A stretch of DNA of 64,000 nt from Penicillus capitatus. Its lineage: Eukaryota > Plantae > Chlorophyta. The DNA lies in the NCBI GenBank assembly GCA_965649825.1, contig OZ287713.1, positions 303,587-367,586 on the forward strand. Reading direction: 5' to 3'. The stretch's first letter is position 1; every line of letters begins with the position of its first letter. The notes under the pieces are model-generated. The model was not told the origin of the DNA. It ran no database searches and worked only from the letters and a program-made list of their open reading frames with translations. Positions 25,156 through 39,009 of this stretch are shown in pieces. Both the position numbers and the translations under genes were made by a program.

Positions 25156-26951
25156 TTACTGGAAATCCGTAGGTTTTTCCCATTGACTGGCTCCTGTCTG
25201 CGTGTTGTAATAATAGAGACGTCCCTCGACGTCATGCAACTCTGTCCAGGAGTGACTCATGACAGATCCGGAACCGTCCGTCATTGGCGGAGGTGGCATC
25301 GGACCTTGGGGAAAAACATCTGAAGGAGAATAGCTCCCACTGCCTTGTTGATAGAGCTGAGGCGGTCCATACGGCGTTCCAGGCTGTGCGGGGTACCCAG
25401 AATATCCACCATAGCTATGTTGACTGGGAGGAGGCGACGGAACGTGAGGTGCCACGTGCGGAGGATAGGCGCCGCTTGGCATCGCACTGTAGTATCCATA
25501 ACCAGGAGGCGGATGATGGTGATGGTGATGATGTGGAGGGTAGCCGCCGCCACCGCCGCCACTAGCACCCATGTATCCACCACCATAACCGTTTCCATGA
25601 CCCGACGGATGATGACCCATTGGACTGTAGGGCGGCGGATAGGGCGGGTAATCATGCATCGCGGGGGGACGCGGCATTCCTGCATCCGTCCATCCTCAGT
25701 CAGACGCAGAACATGGAAAGCAATGCAGCATTTACCGTAGATGCCTGGCGTGGTCGGCCTCAGTGGAGAACCCCCACGGGCGATTTCTTCAATGATCGAA
25801 GAGGCAGATTCCACTGCTGGGTGGTTGCCTGAGACGGTGATATAACACGGATCGCTGTCTTGTTGAATCTGAACAACGGCGCCTGTCGTGGCTTGAATCG
25901 TCTTGATCGTCTCCCCTCCTTTGCCAATCACGCGACCCACCATCGACTTCGGACATTCCACGACACGACTCGCCGTTGCGTGCGTTGTATACTAGCAACC
26001 AGCACCCACGTCTCAACACAGCTGGCTTACTCACAGCGTCGGCAGATTTACTTTATTGATGACACCGATGGCGCTGCCAGGTTCACCAGAGATCAATTCG
26101 GCGACCATCTTCGCCGCCAAGCTCACAATGTCTGGTTTCCCCGAGATCTTGACTTGACGCGGTACACCGTCGGGGAAGTTTTGCTCGACCACAATTTTGG
26201 CACCGCTTGCCGATTGCAGTGCCTTGATCGTCTCGCCCCGTCGTCCAATGACTCTTCCCACAATGCCCTGGGGGCACTCCAACGTCTCCATCACTTCACC
26301 AGGCGCCACAGACGTCACATCAGATTCCAGAACCTCTTGGATCAAGGTCTTCACTCGGCGTACTGCCTCAAGGGATGGTCCCGAGATACCAACCTTCTTC
26401 ACATCCCCCTGTCCTTGGTGATCGATTTGGAGCTTCGTATTAGTCTCCCCCTGAAGGTACTTTATCGTTTCGCCCTGTTTTCCAATCAGCCGTCCAATCA
26501 ACCCGGCGGGACAGTCGACGGCATCATGGATCGGATGCTCCGCCGTCGTCGCTCCCATCAACTCCAGTCCGAATTTCGATACCCCACGCGTCGTATCGAC
26601 GCCAGACGGCTCCTCTCCGTGCGCCTTCTCAACCGTCGGTGTCTAGAGACAGCCAAGCGTCAAGGCGGATCTTGGGGTTCTCTTGTGTCTTACGCATTGC
26701 TGCGGGTCTTCTGCTTTGCTGAAGAGTTTTTTGCGAACAGGTGAGACGTCGCTGCGCAGCTCGTCGTCTTCGTTTATATACTTTCTCTTGTGTGAACCGT
26801 CTTCGTCTTCCTCCTCCGTCGCGCCGGCAACGTCGTCGTCTTCGTCCTCGTCCTCGTCGACTTTAAACGCGTCGTGCGCGACATCGTTGTTTTCTTCTTT
26901 CGCCGACACAGTGCGATGCGATGCCACAACGTCCTCGTCGTTTTCGGCCAT
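25156..26951 (-). CDS. Three-KH-domain RNA-binding protein with Gly/Pro/Tyr-rich linker and C-terminal WW domain
   Basis: Three GxxG KH motifs (IGRLIGKQGETIK, VGRVIGRRGETIK, VGRVIGKGGETIK) and the WW domain SWTELHDVEGRLYYYNTQTGASQWEKP. Acidic N-terminal exon. Confidence 0.9.
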
Positions 26952-27026
26952 GCTTCACAACGAACGAACGTACACACACGGCCACTCTCCAGATGAAAGG
27001 AAAAGAGACATCTCGGCCATCCGCCT

Positions 27027-27830
27027 TCATGATGTGACGTCTATCGCACGGTCCTTTCGTCTGCTCTTGCTCTTCAGAAACCGTCCGAGTTCAAAGTAAG
27101 AGAGCATAGAGACAAGACCGAACGAACATACAGCACACCAGCCAACCAGCGGCGGCATTTTGTTGAGAAATGGATAGGGGAAAGTGTCTGTGATAATTTT
27201 GATCAGCAGCAGCCACGAGGAATAACTGACAGTATAGAGCACGACCACGTATCGATCTCCGCTGCTAAACGAACGTGGATGGGCGACAATGATATCACAC
27301 CAGGCGACAACAGAATTCCAGAAATGCACAGTTTGGTTCACCCATGGGACGCGCGTCTCCGACGCATCCAGTCCATCCCGATCGATGAAGCGGATCGCGT
27401 AGTACATTGTTGTGATGGTGCTCGCGGCACAGACGACGAGACAAGCTAAGCGACCGATGTGCCGCCTCCATTTGAGCGAGACGTCCTGCGAACACTCTGA
27501 AAATCGGCGAAGAGATGAGAGGTTAGCTGACTTTGGGAAAGAGCTCGGATGTGAGGGCGAGTGTGAGTTGGGCGGTTTGTAAGGTAAAGGTGCAGAAAGT
27601 GAGGTAACGGTAGAACCAGCCGAACTGATTATAGCCAGGAAGACGCTTGGCCAAAGGGGAAGTGAAATGCCAGAGATAGACGTAGATGAAATAAGGAGAG
27701 GCGAGAAGATGCAGCCAGAGACTCAATCTGCGCACGACACTGAACGAGAAGTGAGGTCGGAAGTTGGCGACAGCGGTTTTTACGCCGATCGCGCATCCTC
27801 TGTGTTATGGATATGTCCGTCCCCTGGCAT
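27027..27830 (-). CDS. FAR-17a/AIG1-like multi-pass membrane protein
   Basis: YNQFGWFYRYLTFCTFTLQ motif, HFWNSVVAW, several TM helices and a PFPYPFLN motif. ATG at 27830 with GT-AG introns. Confidence 0.7.
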
Positions 27831-28863
27831 GATTCTACGGAGGCTGTTGGCGTTTCTCGACCGGTCGCTTCATCGAAAGGACCTGATGTGACACGCTAGC
27901 CGAGTGCTATGGTAAAGGGATATGGCAAATCGATACTAGTTGGGTTGCTCATGTATCGTCCTGATGCCTTCGTGGATTAGCTTGAGACAGCACCCATCAA
28001 AGAGACACAGCTTTTGCTGGACTTGTATTCGGGAGCATATCGAAAGCAGATGGAGAAGGGATGTTGATATACTTGTCAAAGAGAGAGTGAATTGAGGAGA
28101 ACAACTTTGTGGATTCAGACAGAGGTAGGTCGGCAGTTATTAGTCTTTGCTACTCTGGTATGAACACGATGACTGATATCGTCACTCTTATTGTGTAATA
28201 GGCGAGCCGAAAGTTATGGGCGTGATAGCGACTTGGCGGCGAAGGTCCGTCAACTGTCTGCGCTGGCGTCAGTGTTGTGTGTACCGTGCAATGCCCTACC
28301 GTCTCTGCTTGAACAGTCGGATTTTCTGATGGGAGATCTCAGGAGAGCGATTCAGAAACCAAGATGCATGGTAAGCCATCCGGCAACGCGTGTGAATTTT
28401 CTAAGAAGGACGCGCTGGGCAGAATCTGAGACGGTCATAGCCGACGGTCGACAACGACGCGCCATAAGAGGGCAACTCTTAACTGCCTTCTGTCAGAAGG
28501 CCTCGGCAGTGGTGCTTGCAAACACCGATGTATCGAAAACGTGGACGCACGCCACACTCATAAGAGGGATATCGTCAGCTGCATCTTGTGTCCACGCCGG
28601 ACAGACTCACCGTACGAAGAGTGGCCAACCCTCCTTGAGTACTCTCCACGTCAGAAACGCCATTCCATGTCACGTATTTCCCATCATTATCATAGGAATT
28701 TCTTACGCCGTTTCATGTATTTAGTCTTTCCAAGTACGCATTGATGTCACTGTACAAGTACCGAATGTCCAATTTCCAAAGACGTTAAACTTCGTGTGAC
28801 CATCTCCTGAACTATATCGTGGCCGAGAAGGTGCCTCTGTTTGCATTACGGTGGAGCGCAAAA

Positions 28864-30845
28864 ATGACGCGCTCGGATCTGACGGATATCCCTAACTGGC
28901 TGGCGGCACGAATGAATGTAAGATATCACCTGTCGACGTTTTCAGACGACAGGCTTTTCAACGTACTAGACGGAGAATTACCGTAAGGCGCTTCAAAGAA
29001 ATGCATCGTCGAAGGGATGCGCATCGAGCTGTAGCTGTTTTGGCAAAGATAGCAGAAGAATACGTCGAAAAGGTCGAAAAGACGACACGGCATTCATCTC
29101 CGAAGAGATGCTCTCATGCAGTTCGGTAAAGAGATTTCTTGCGGCACGCATCATCTTATGCATGCGTGATGTACTGAAGGAATCGCTGCCGGCATCGTTG
29201 CTCAGAACAAAACGTCATGGTCAAAGGATGTGCGTCGAGATGTTCGACGGCGTGCTGGGCTGGACATCTCTGAGTAACTGGACTGGACATGTGGGGGAAC
29301 GAAATCGCGTGATGCAGCGAATCATCGAGATTGCTGGAAACGATGTCTGTAGAGTAGATGAACTCTGCCTCCAGATACTGAAGCAGACAAGAGGCCAGAC
29401 GCGTCGAACGCGGGAAAGAAACACGTGGAAACTCTTCGCCGAGGTTACGAACAGCATGACGCCCTCTACCGTAAGGACAAGTAGTCGACAGTTCTGTGGT
29501 ATCGACCGTGCTTTTATCCCCTGCAGGAGATGTCGAAGTATCTGATTAGATGCTTCAAATCCGTCGAGGCTCGAGTCACCGAAGATCCGTTCGTGAGGCG
29601 GTCGGCGTCAGAAATGGCCGAGAAGCTGATGGCATTGCTGCCTCCTGACGCAGAGGAAAGAACGCGAGCCCTATCGCTGAGTCAGATGTGTGAGAGCACG
29701 TACAGTTGTGTGATCTCCCTCATAGACGGAAGCTGCCAGGAAGTCATCTATGACGCTTACACGCGCGTCGAGCATGTCGTTCCTCAAATCGCATGGGCCA
29801 TTGGCCTGGAAGACTACAAGACGTTTGGCTTATTCGAGCTTCGCTCAGGAAAGCATCTACGACTCGAGAGGAAGAGATTCCTGACGACGGTGGTCAACAC
29901 AATGCGGTTCCTCGACGATCGCGACGAAGAGAGAAGCCGACTGCTGATGAAGAAGAAGATCATCCGATCGCCGGTGGAAGAGAAGAAAGACCCGAAAGGA
30001 CTCGAACTGACCTACGCCCAAGCAAAGATTCAGTACTTGCACAGCGAATACCCCCTGGAAAACACTCAAGCTGTCCGCCTCTGTATTTATTTAATACAGG
30101 GCGATCATCTCCATGCCGGAATCTATCAAGACGAAAACCGTCTGTTCGCGGCAGTAGAAGAGCGCATTCCACAAAACGTATGCCACAACTGCTTCCGCTT
30201 TCCCGAACAATGTTAACGTGTGTTTAGATTTTTCGACGCAAAGAGCACAAAGAGTGGGTGGTCGAAGTCCAGAGAGCACTGGAGCAGTTTGAAGACGACG
30301 ATGTGACCGAAGCTCGATTTCGTTTCCTCGATGCTCTGCATCGAGTGCCTTTTGGGAACAGTGAATTCTTTCGTATACAGAAGGTGCAATGCTCGACATC
30401 TCCTCCCTGTATTCCAAGGCGCACAGCGGTGCTGTTGGCTGTCAACGGAATCGGACTTCATTTTTTCCGGGAGAAGACACGCCAGTGGCTGCACACGATT
30501 GATTTCAGGCACATCACAGGCTTCTCTTTCAAAGACCCCGGAGTCTTATTGGGCGTCAAGAACGTCACGCCCCTCCGTTCGTTGTTCCTCAGCACAGACG
30601 AAGGAGAGAATATCTGCAGGACTCTGTTCAGACATGTCCAATACTACTGCAGCGAAGAGCAAGCAGACAGAGACGTACGTGCGGATACCACGAGAGCGAC
30701 GTCTGTGGAAGATAATTCGTTGTCGTCATCTGCCGGTTTTGATTGGGATGCGCAACGTGGGGTGTCGTCACTTACGCGAGCCGAGTCCAGGCATCAGGAG
30801 AAAGGTGTACATAAGAAGATCGATGAGGCGACGAGAACACGATGA
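28864..30845 (+). CDS. KCBP-derived MyTH4-FERM protein without a kinesin motor (copy 1, full FERM)
   Basis: EEMLSCSS|ESLPASLL...DELCLQILKQTRG...NTWKLF (MyTH4); YDAYTRVEHVVPQIAWAIGL, RLLMKKKIIR, ELTYAQAKIQYLHSEYPL, RFLDALHRVPFGNSEFF, LAVNGIGLHFFR, STDEGENICRTL (FERM F1-F3). Stops shortly after the FERM domain. Confidence 0.8.
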
Positions 30846-33241
30846 TGGGATAGAATCCGGTAGCTCTCGAGCCGTGGAGGCGGGATCTGTCCATGGCTTC
30901 GATGCAGTTCTTGAATCACGTAGCTCGATGACGAGAGAGAATCGTGTTGGAGAATCGAGTATAATTCGAGCAAAGCAGATAGCTAAGGCAGCTACAATGA
31001 TATGCGAAACCATGTGAAGAAGCATCTCTTCGGGAACGCGATTCGATGTTGTTCTGTGTAAAGAGCGTCGGGGCATGCGTGGATAAAGACAAGAATCAAA
31101 ACGCAAGATCTTTGGAGACATATTGAATGCCCTGTAAGAATATCTTGTCGCCCATGTTGCAATGGTCGACATGCTAAAGCTGACGGAAATTGTGAGGCGA
31201 CAGGAAACGCCGTCAACAGAGATTAGATATCTGTGTGTTGTGTTCGCCATCGCTACGGTCGGCATCTACTGCCCCGCCGTCTTGTGTGTCTATCGATGGC
31301 GATGTGAGATTCGCTGTCCTATATAGGTCGACAACAGCAATGTCGTATCCATTCTTTACATCACCTGTCTAAGATTCTGGCTTGGGGTGTTCCTCAGATG
31401 AATTGTTGACAACGTCTTCCAATAAAAAAACAATGGCCATGACATGAATGTCCTTTGTCTGGGTCGTTCGCGTTGAACTCGTGATGATTGATGCAGCGGA
31501 GAAGTGGATTTCTGTCGAAAATTCTTCTGCGGTTGACGTGTAAACGTAAGGAAACCATCCCTTCGGTGTTTCATGACGCTGTGGGGAACGCGAAGGATCG
31601 AACGCTCGTGCACAGCATACAAACTCACGATGGGATAGGGAGTGAGTCGGTTTTTAGGGGGCCGGTTCGTCTACGGTCACGACAAACGCAACGGTAAGCT
31701 TTGAAAACATTGACCTCGAAGGTCGTTGCTTTTTCATGACACGCTGCCTCGTGGAAATGCAAAAGAAATAAGATGAGTACATGAGAGCCCGTAAGGCAAC
31801 GCGAACGAGAGAGACGCTTCGTGTCCGGGCAAGAATACAATAGACAGAGGGGCGGTATTCAAGTAGCGTCAGTTCTTGTGTCATCGATCTACTTCCTTGT
31901 GTCTGTCGCACAGAATTACGGCTGACGTCGGCAGATAAGCGCGCTCATTTTTATCGATTATGATGTGTGACACATTGAGGTGACGCATATGTCGATCCGA
32001 TGTTCTCGAAATGCCTATAGCACGAACCTTTCTCCTCTGTGTTGTCTTTATTGAAGGTAGAGTCTATACGAAAACGTACTTTAGTCTGTGTGAGTGAGAA
32101 ATTAGCGACAGAGTCGTTGAGAACACATTGTTCTGAGATGCGTCCACCGATGCACGTATGTCAATGATCTGCGTATAACCTTTCCTACTAAGAATCGAAG
32201 ATGTACTGCTGGATTTGATGAGATTTGGTGTTGGACGAAGATTGTTTAGTCGCCATCAGTATTTTCGCAACAGAAACGTTACACTCAACAAGGAAGATCG
32301 TGTCGCTGTCGACTAAATACAGTCATTGGCAACAAACCTTGCAAGGACTGTTCTATGCGTTAGCGTTTTACGAAAGGAAGACAATCTTGAAGAGAAGAAA
32401 GGTTTATTTAGCGTACCTTGTAAGAAAAAGAGTGAAGATAGCATGATCAGTCGCGAACAACTAGAGCAGCATTCCCGTTCGATCGTCAGATCATGGTTTT
32501 TCGTTATCATATCTGAAGCACTATCCATCGTGCGCCGTCCGTTCTGTTAGGAACGATGTCGCTCGATCGCACCACCGATTCTTTCACTATCGATTAAAAA
32601 CAATCGTGATCGACAGCACAACATGCGATAGTCACGAGAACGCCGCACGTAACGATCGATTGATTGCGTGCGCTGATTTATGGAGAAGATACGAAAAAGC
32701 ACGATCCAGCGATCTAGAGAGAAAGCTTTTGTGTTGTTTGCGACAGTTGATCCGTCGATCGATCGCGAGGCTAATCGGAAATTCCTGTTCGGCGAGCAAA
32801 AGACAACAAGCACCAATGACGGTCAAAAGCCTATACTTCACTTCAGTTTCATTTTAGTTAAGTTTCAGAGAACATTCTCAGGTCGACCTTAGGGTGTTTC
32901 ATAAATAGAGTTCCCTGTCTTGCAACCATGTAAAACAGAAGAGAAACATAGAAGAGTAAGACAAAAGCACTCTTATACACATTTACTAATCTTTACAAAG
33001 AGAGACCATGATGACGTGATGCTTCGCCAACTTTTGTGCCACGTAGTCCTCACACAGGATCCCGCAATTCTCATCATATCGATCATTCAGGTGACGAATT
33101 TGCTCATGTCGGATCGACAACAGCTACCGACAATGTATGTGCGTTACAAAGCTAAGACGCATCTAAGAGCAACGCCAGCTGTTACAATACTATAATGATG
33201 GAAACGACAAAGAACGTTGGCAGAGCTGACTGACTGACTGC

Positions 33242-34920
33242 ATGTCCGAACGGATATATAAGAGACGATATCCCTCTACCAAAGTTCGTGCTATTCACTT
33301 GTTGTGTTGCACCAGAGAAAGTCTCTACGTCCAATTGCTTAGGAACTTGACTCTTTACTGCCATGATCAACGTACGTTCGACGACAACGCATGGCACCAC
33401 GACTTTCGTGCTCCGCAGGCGAGAGCGACCGGCCATCCTTATCCTTTGGAACTCTCGAGAACATTCAGAGAAGAATTAAACGTAAGATGCTTGTTTTCTG
33501 GCCTCTTGGAAAGAACATATGGTTTTCTAGACGAGAAGGTTCTTTCAAGAACCTCAGCAGGCGAAGCCGTGGGACCTTAGAGGCTGCTATCGTCATTTCT
33601 TGGCCTGTTTCAAGAAACCTAATCGTGCCGATGATGGCCAATCTCTGGCATTTGTTGTGGACAAAATGCTCACTTACTCATCGGTCAGCAAACAGCCTGT
33701 CGTTCTCGCTTTGAAAGCTGTTTTTCTTCTAAGGACCCATTGCCAACATCGCTGTTAAAAATGAGTCACCACGGTCGACATCTTTGCACAGAACTGTTTA
33801 AACATGTTCTCGATTGGATGTCTCTGACAAATGCACAACGCGACGTGGCTCTAAGAAACGCGGCATTACAGAAGATGATTAACATCGCCAATTCTAATCT
33901 CCGTCTAGGAGACGAACTCTATCTACAAGTATTGAAGCAGACACGAGGGTGCTCGGATCAAAATACGGAGCTTAATGCATGGAAGTTGTTTTCGACAATC
34001 ATCAATCAGATCACTTGTACTCCGGTGTGATACTCTTTCGATGGCAGTCTTGCGACCTTTTCTGCTTTCTAGAGAATGTTGACTTTTATTGATGCATATC
34101 TTCGCAGAGTTGAAATTCACCTTTCGAAAGATCCACTGGTGACCAAGTTCGTGACAGAAATGCACGATCAGGTCCGAAACGCACTCCGGAAAAGTGGACC
34201 TTTCTGGACGCGCAGGCGTCTACCAGATGCCAGAAGAGATCTCGGACAGTTCTACTGTTTTCCAGTCTATGTCTCAGAAGAGTCTCATGTGGATGCCGTC
34301 TACGATCCAGACACTGTCATCGAGGACCTGGTTCCGCAGTTGGCGTGGACGATCGGTCTGCCGGATGACGACACATTCGCTCTGTACAAGTGCCGAGGAT
34401 CCCAGTACACGCAGATCGACAGGAAGCGACTCGTGTCCGCCGTCATCAGCGACATCGCCGATCGTCGAGAAGGAGAGGAGATGAGCCGATTGTTCATGAA
34501 GAGAACGAAATCGAGTCGCGCCAGCATGGAAGGACTCGATCGAGACAGCATCTATCGGATGTATCTGGAAACAAAGGACAAGTACCGACAAGGCGGATAC
34601 CCGCTGGCGGCCATAGGGGAAGTGGCCATGCGTCTTTGCGTTTTCCTCATCCAGGCAGAAGGCTCCGCCGAATTGTTCGAGAACGAAAGGAGAGTGTCCG
34701 AAGAATTGAACAACTTCCTTCCATCGACAGTACGCATCCTGCTTTCATTCTTACTTCTCTAGTGAGTAATCCTTCTTTTTAGAGTCTGCGCCTCAAGCAA
34801 CGAGTAGAGTGGATAGACGGGGTCTTAACCAAGTTTGCACACATTGGTCGCATCGAAAAAGAGGCGGCCAGGCTTCACTTCCTCGATGCCATCGAGGGAC
34901 TTTCCTATAGTGTGGCCTGA
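33242..34920 (+). CDS. KCBP-derived MyTH4-FERM protein, copy 2 (no F3 lobe, no motor)
   Basis: Intron positions match copy 1. VDKMLTYSS|DPLPTSLLKM...DELYLQVLKQTRGCSDQNTELNAWKLF, followed by F1/F2, ending RLHFLDAIEGLSYSVA*. The start codon is uncertain. Confidence 0.75.
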
Positions 34921-35834
34921 GTAGGCTCTTTGAACTAGCATGTGATCCGTAACAGACTCACTTGTGCGAAGTATATTTCCGGGAACGATTTAAACCGCAC
35001 ACTGTATTCTTTCCGAACACCTAGATTCTGTCCTTCAATCAGAAACGAGCGCGAATCTGTCAGGGAATGTCGGATCTGCGATCGCATCCAGTCAAGCAGA
35101 CTCGATCGTGCCGGTTCTATTCCGTAATGTACGAAACCATCGCGACATGATCATTACAGAAAACCGGATTCCGATTGCGTCGTGCATGCATGTACTTGTT
35201 GGTTTTCGTGGCTGGCGACAAGACGAGTCAGCGACTCCTACGGTTGAAATGATCGTTTACATTGCCTGGTACCGAAGACAGCGTATGTTCGTAACGTCTT
35301 TTTTGAGGGTTTCCGACGAGTGCATGCGTTCTGCGTTTGTACGTATGCCGCGGCGAGACATTTAAGCCAACGTCGAACTCTTCTAAACTGATCAGTCTAT
35401 TTTCGATGCATCGCACGCTTCCAGCGCGCCGTTGTCCGCGCCCGCGTGCGTTTTTTAAAAGTACTTCTGAGGCAAACATGTGCGTACGTACTTTAAGAAA
35501 CTCCAGCCCGATTTGTTGATGAACAGAGAAGGTCCATTGATTATTTGCCCATGCTATGACGGTTAAAGAGACGACCAATTTATTTTCGAGCAAGTAGTCC
35601 CTGGATATGTCTACGGTGCGGAAGACTCGGCCGTCGTTATCTGTGTCATCTGCCAGCGATGTCCTTCCTCTCTTGATCCTCCATTATGCAGAAGCCACAT
35701 CTGCGATAAGAAACGTTGTGCTTTGCTAGAGATAGATGACCAACACAAAGAGCGTAATGACCCTTGTAAGTAAAAGTGGGGCAATGTCGTAAGAGATAAT
35801 AATTAGAAAAATGGGATTGTCCGAAGGACTGCGG

Positions 35835-36300
35835 CTGTCCTATCGTGACTGCCTCGTTATCTAAGGGTTCTGTCTCCGAAGGGGCGCATACACGTGGTTT
35901 ACGGTTACCTATGGATCCTTTCCGTGGTTTTGATAGGCCGGTGACTCATCTGTCATGTCACATGTGACATACAAATACGTGAACGTTGATCCGTGTAGAC
36001 CTTGCTCTGTAACACGTGAAGCCTTCCGCTGACAGGGTCTATAAACTGTCAATGGGATTGGACAGTCACATCGTGACTGCCTTGTTTCTCAGGGGTCTGT
36101 CTCCCAAGGTGCGCTCGTGCTGGGTCCATGACGTTGCAAGGAATATGTTCTTCTAGCTCTAAGTGTCAAATGACTCACCTGTCGAGTCACCCTAGCGTAT
36201 GAAACTGTGAAGTCGAACCTCAGGATATCTTTTGCTCTGTACGTTCGAAGAATCTTCCGCTGCATGCCTCTGAAGCGCAATGATTCCGCGTGACATAAGC
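35835..36300 (-). repeat. Dispersed ~230-bp repeat family, tandem copies B and C
   Basis: Two consecutive units (~35835-36040 and ~36065-36300), each with cagcggaag...cagagcaa(g), a gacag/micro-exon-like block and gagacaga(a)ccc(c)t-aga.aac.aggcagtcacgat. Confidence 0.7.
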
Positions 36301-36380
36301 AAAGGACTATTGGTCCAAAAATCGCTCAGGATAAAAAAAGAATATGTAAACAACAAATAGAACAAGTGCGAATCCGAGTG

Positions 36381-36911
36381 CTAGCACTTCACTAAATCGC
36401 GATCGAATTCCCGACAATTGAATCGCCAAAGCGAGTGAGCTGTACCCTTGATGGTGAATCTCCTCACGGTCGTCATTAAAGTGCCGGATGCAGTCAAAGC
36501 AACACATGGATTATCATCTGTCGTCGAGAACGGTTCTGATACGGCTCCGACCACCTCACCGCGTTTTCGTCTCAGGAGATCGAGTTCTGTTCTTTCACCG
36601 TGGTGTAGGGCTTCGAGAATGCCAGTCATGTTGTACTCGAGCGCCTTTCGACCACGCTGACGAGTTGCTGAAGGCCTGCGCTTCGAAGGACTTTCGTCGC
36701 TTCTCCTATCTCCATCTTTCTCTTGCGAAATAAGTCTTTCCCCGACCGTTGACAAAAAAAAGAGATCATCAGCCACGTCAATCAGAAAAAATGATCCAAG
36801 GTTATAATTGGCTCGATTCTTAGGCAGCTCGTCAGGTGTTTTAGACGAAGTAAAGTATCCCATGAACGAAATCGTTCGAACAGAGAATCGTACGCCTCTC
36901 TTTTCGATCAA
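36381..36911 (-). CDS. Hypothetical ORF divergent from the F-box gene
   Basis: A 176-codon open frame with an upstream gtaagt donor near 36930. No recognisable domain. Confidence 0.3.
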   Translation of the reverse strand: MIEKRGVRFSVRTISFMGYFTSSKTPDELPKNRANYNLGSFFLIDVADDLFFLSTVGERLISQEKDGDRRSDESPSKRRPSATRQRGRKALEYNMTGILEALHHGERTELDLLRRKRGEVVGAVSEPFSTTDDNPCVALTASGTLMTTVRRFTIKGTAHSLWRFNCREFDRDLVKC

Positions 36912-37002
36912 TGAACGATCGAAGAATGAACTTACCAGATCGAAACTGCGCGTAATGCTCTTATTCGAAGCTCTCGATGATTGTGGTTTCTAAAATCGAT
37001 CG

Positions 37003-37195
37003 GCGACAGATCGATCGCAGCGCATCGATCAGTTAGATGGAAGACGATCGTCGATCACTGCTAGGCGAATCGCTTTTGTATGTTTTTTTTTCGTAATCGT
37101 TCGATCGAAATGCCGGCGTAATGGTTTTTTGTCGAACGAAGCGTAGAGAAGTCGGTGCACGACGATCGACAATCGATCGATCGATCGGGTTATCG
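37003..37195. promoter_or_regulatory. (ATCG)n / CGATCG cluster upstream of the F-box gene
   Basis: Dense CGATCG/TCGATC copies, including aatcgatcgatcgatcggg, in the intergenic space before a start codon. The function is inferred. Confidence 0.4.
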
Positions 37196-37300
37196 AAAGA
37201 TTGATTCGTACGCATCGTACCGATGGTTTCCGTGTCAAATGACGCGATTCGTTGCCGTCGCTGTCCGTCGCAGTCTCTTCCGTCTCGCAGGAAATGTGCG

Positions 37301-38959
37301 ATGTCGAGTGCAGGGAGCGTCATTTCAGCGCGAACGGCGCCAGGCGAGCTGAAGAATCTCGCAGACGAGATCCTCATTAAAATCTTCGTCCACCTCGACT
37401 TTAAAACCAGGTACATCTGTCGCTTGAAGGACACTGGCCGTTGTCGGATTCTTTCGCAGGCACTGCTGGCTTCCTCTCGTCTGTCCGCGTTGGGCGAATC
37501 TCGTTCGGAGCAACGAGCTGTGGCACGACGTCCGCGTGGCCCCTCACGAAGAGAGCGCTCTCTCTGGTGGGGCCGTTTCTCAAATCAAGGTCTTCCGTTG
37601 GTGCGGCCGGCCACATGTCCGTCCCTTTCTGCGCTCCCTGACGCTGAAAGGCCTCGGGACCGGCCACGACGACTTCACGCCTGTGGGCGTCGGAGCCCTG
37701 CTGGGCATCTCATGCCAGGCATTGACAAGACTGGAGCTCCAGGCGTCTCGGGCGCTGCTGAGCGACCTGAGCTACCTGCTCTGTCTCTTTCGCCTGAGAG
37801 ACCTGGTCCTCGTCTGCGCGGACCCGAACCCCCTCCATCCCTTTCACGGTTCCGACATCCAGTGCGTCGCGCATCTGCAGGAGCTGCGCACGGCCGTGTT
37901 CGACCTGAACCTGGTGGTCGTTCCCGGTAAGCCCCGGCCACGAGAGGCAGGCCCGACGCGTGGGATGCAGGAGATCTGAGTCGCCTGGAGAAGCTGAGGA
38001 CCTTGAGCGTGAGCGGGACTGGGACCAGTTCTCTGCTCTTCCCGTTCTGTCTCTCGACTCTGTCGGTGGAGGAGCTGGTGGTGAAGAACCCATTGTGGGC
38101 GGAGGTGCCGGACGTGGTCATGCAGTTTCCTTGCCTCAGGAGCCTCGAGATCCGCAGACATCCCTTCGCACACAACCTCGGATTCAGCTCTCCTCCAGGT
38201 GGGACTTGCACCAAGCGGATGCGTGCGTCTGCACGGGGATGGATCCTAGGCAAGATGCATCAACTGGAGCGCCTTGGCATTGTGGCCCACCAGCTTCAGA
38301 GGACGCCCGAAGAGGTCGGCGAGATGATCTTCCTCAAACACCTGGACCTGTCAGGGTCAGTCCGTCATCCACATCTGCACTCTCCTTGACTGCGGCGTGC
38401 ATCAGGAACAAGTTCGACGAGCGCCTGCCGACGAGCGTCGTCTTTCCCTTCAAGAAGCTCTGCCGTCTGGAATCCCTGGACATCTCTGACTGTGGTCTCA
38501 GAGAGCTCCCTTCTTCACTTCGTGCGGAGAGATATCGGGTGGGGCATACGTCGACTGACGTGGCTTGTCTGCAGAGTTCCTGGTCAACCTGACGGAGTTG
38601 AATCTCTCGGGCAACGTACTGGAGACCGCATCGAATGTGCTGTCTCGCTGCCTCTCCTTGAAGCGCCTGTTGATGGTCGGCTGCGGATTGGACACCGTAC
38701 CGTACCAGATTTCGGAGATCCCCAGTCTGGAGCACCTGGACATCTCCAACAATCCTGTCACCTGCGTCGAAGGCCTGAGGTGCGTGCCACTCCACAGACC
38801 GCCTCACTCTTGTAACAGTTTGTTCTCTGCAGCGATCTCTTGAAGAAGAAGCGCTTTGTCGCCCTCGTTTTCCGACAGGATAGATGGACATCCGAATTCG
38901 TCGCCTCCGCCTGCCGCATCGCGCGAATGTGGGGCAGACGCGAGCCCATTGTGAATTAG
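37301..38959 (+). CDS. F-box/leucine-rich-repeat protein
   Basis: F-box LKNLADEILIKIFVHLDFKTR, then LRRs (LRSLTLKG, LTRLELQ, LRTLSVSG, LKHLDLSGN, LESLDISDCGLRELP, LTELNLSGN, LEHLDISNNPV). Multiple GT-AG introns. Confidence 0.88.
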
Positions 38960-39009
38960 ATCGTGTTGTGGTTTCTGGCAGACTCTCTCGGCTGTAAAGT
39001 AGAATCGAG

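Noticed and set aside
31800-31860. TLRVRARIQ resembling the kinesin-14 neck (GKIRVYCRIRP) downstream of MyTH4 copy 1
   Set aside because: A stop follows immediately and no downstream motor motifs are present.
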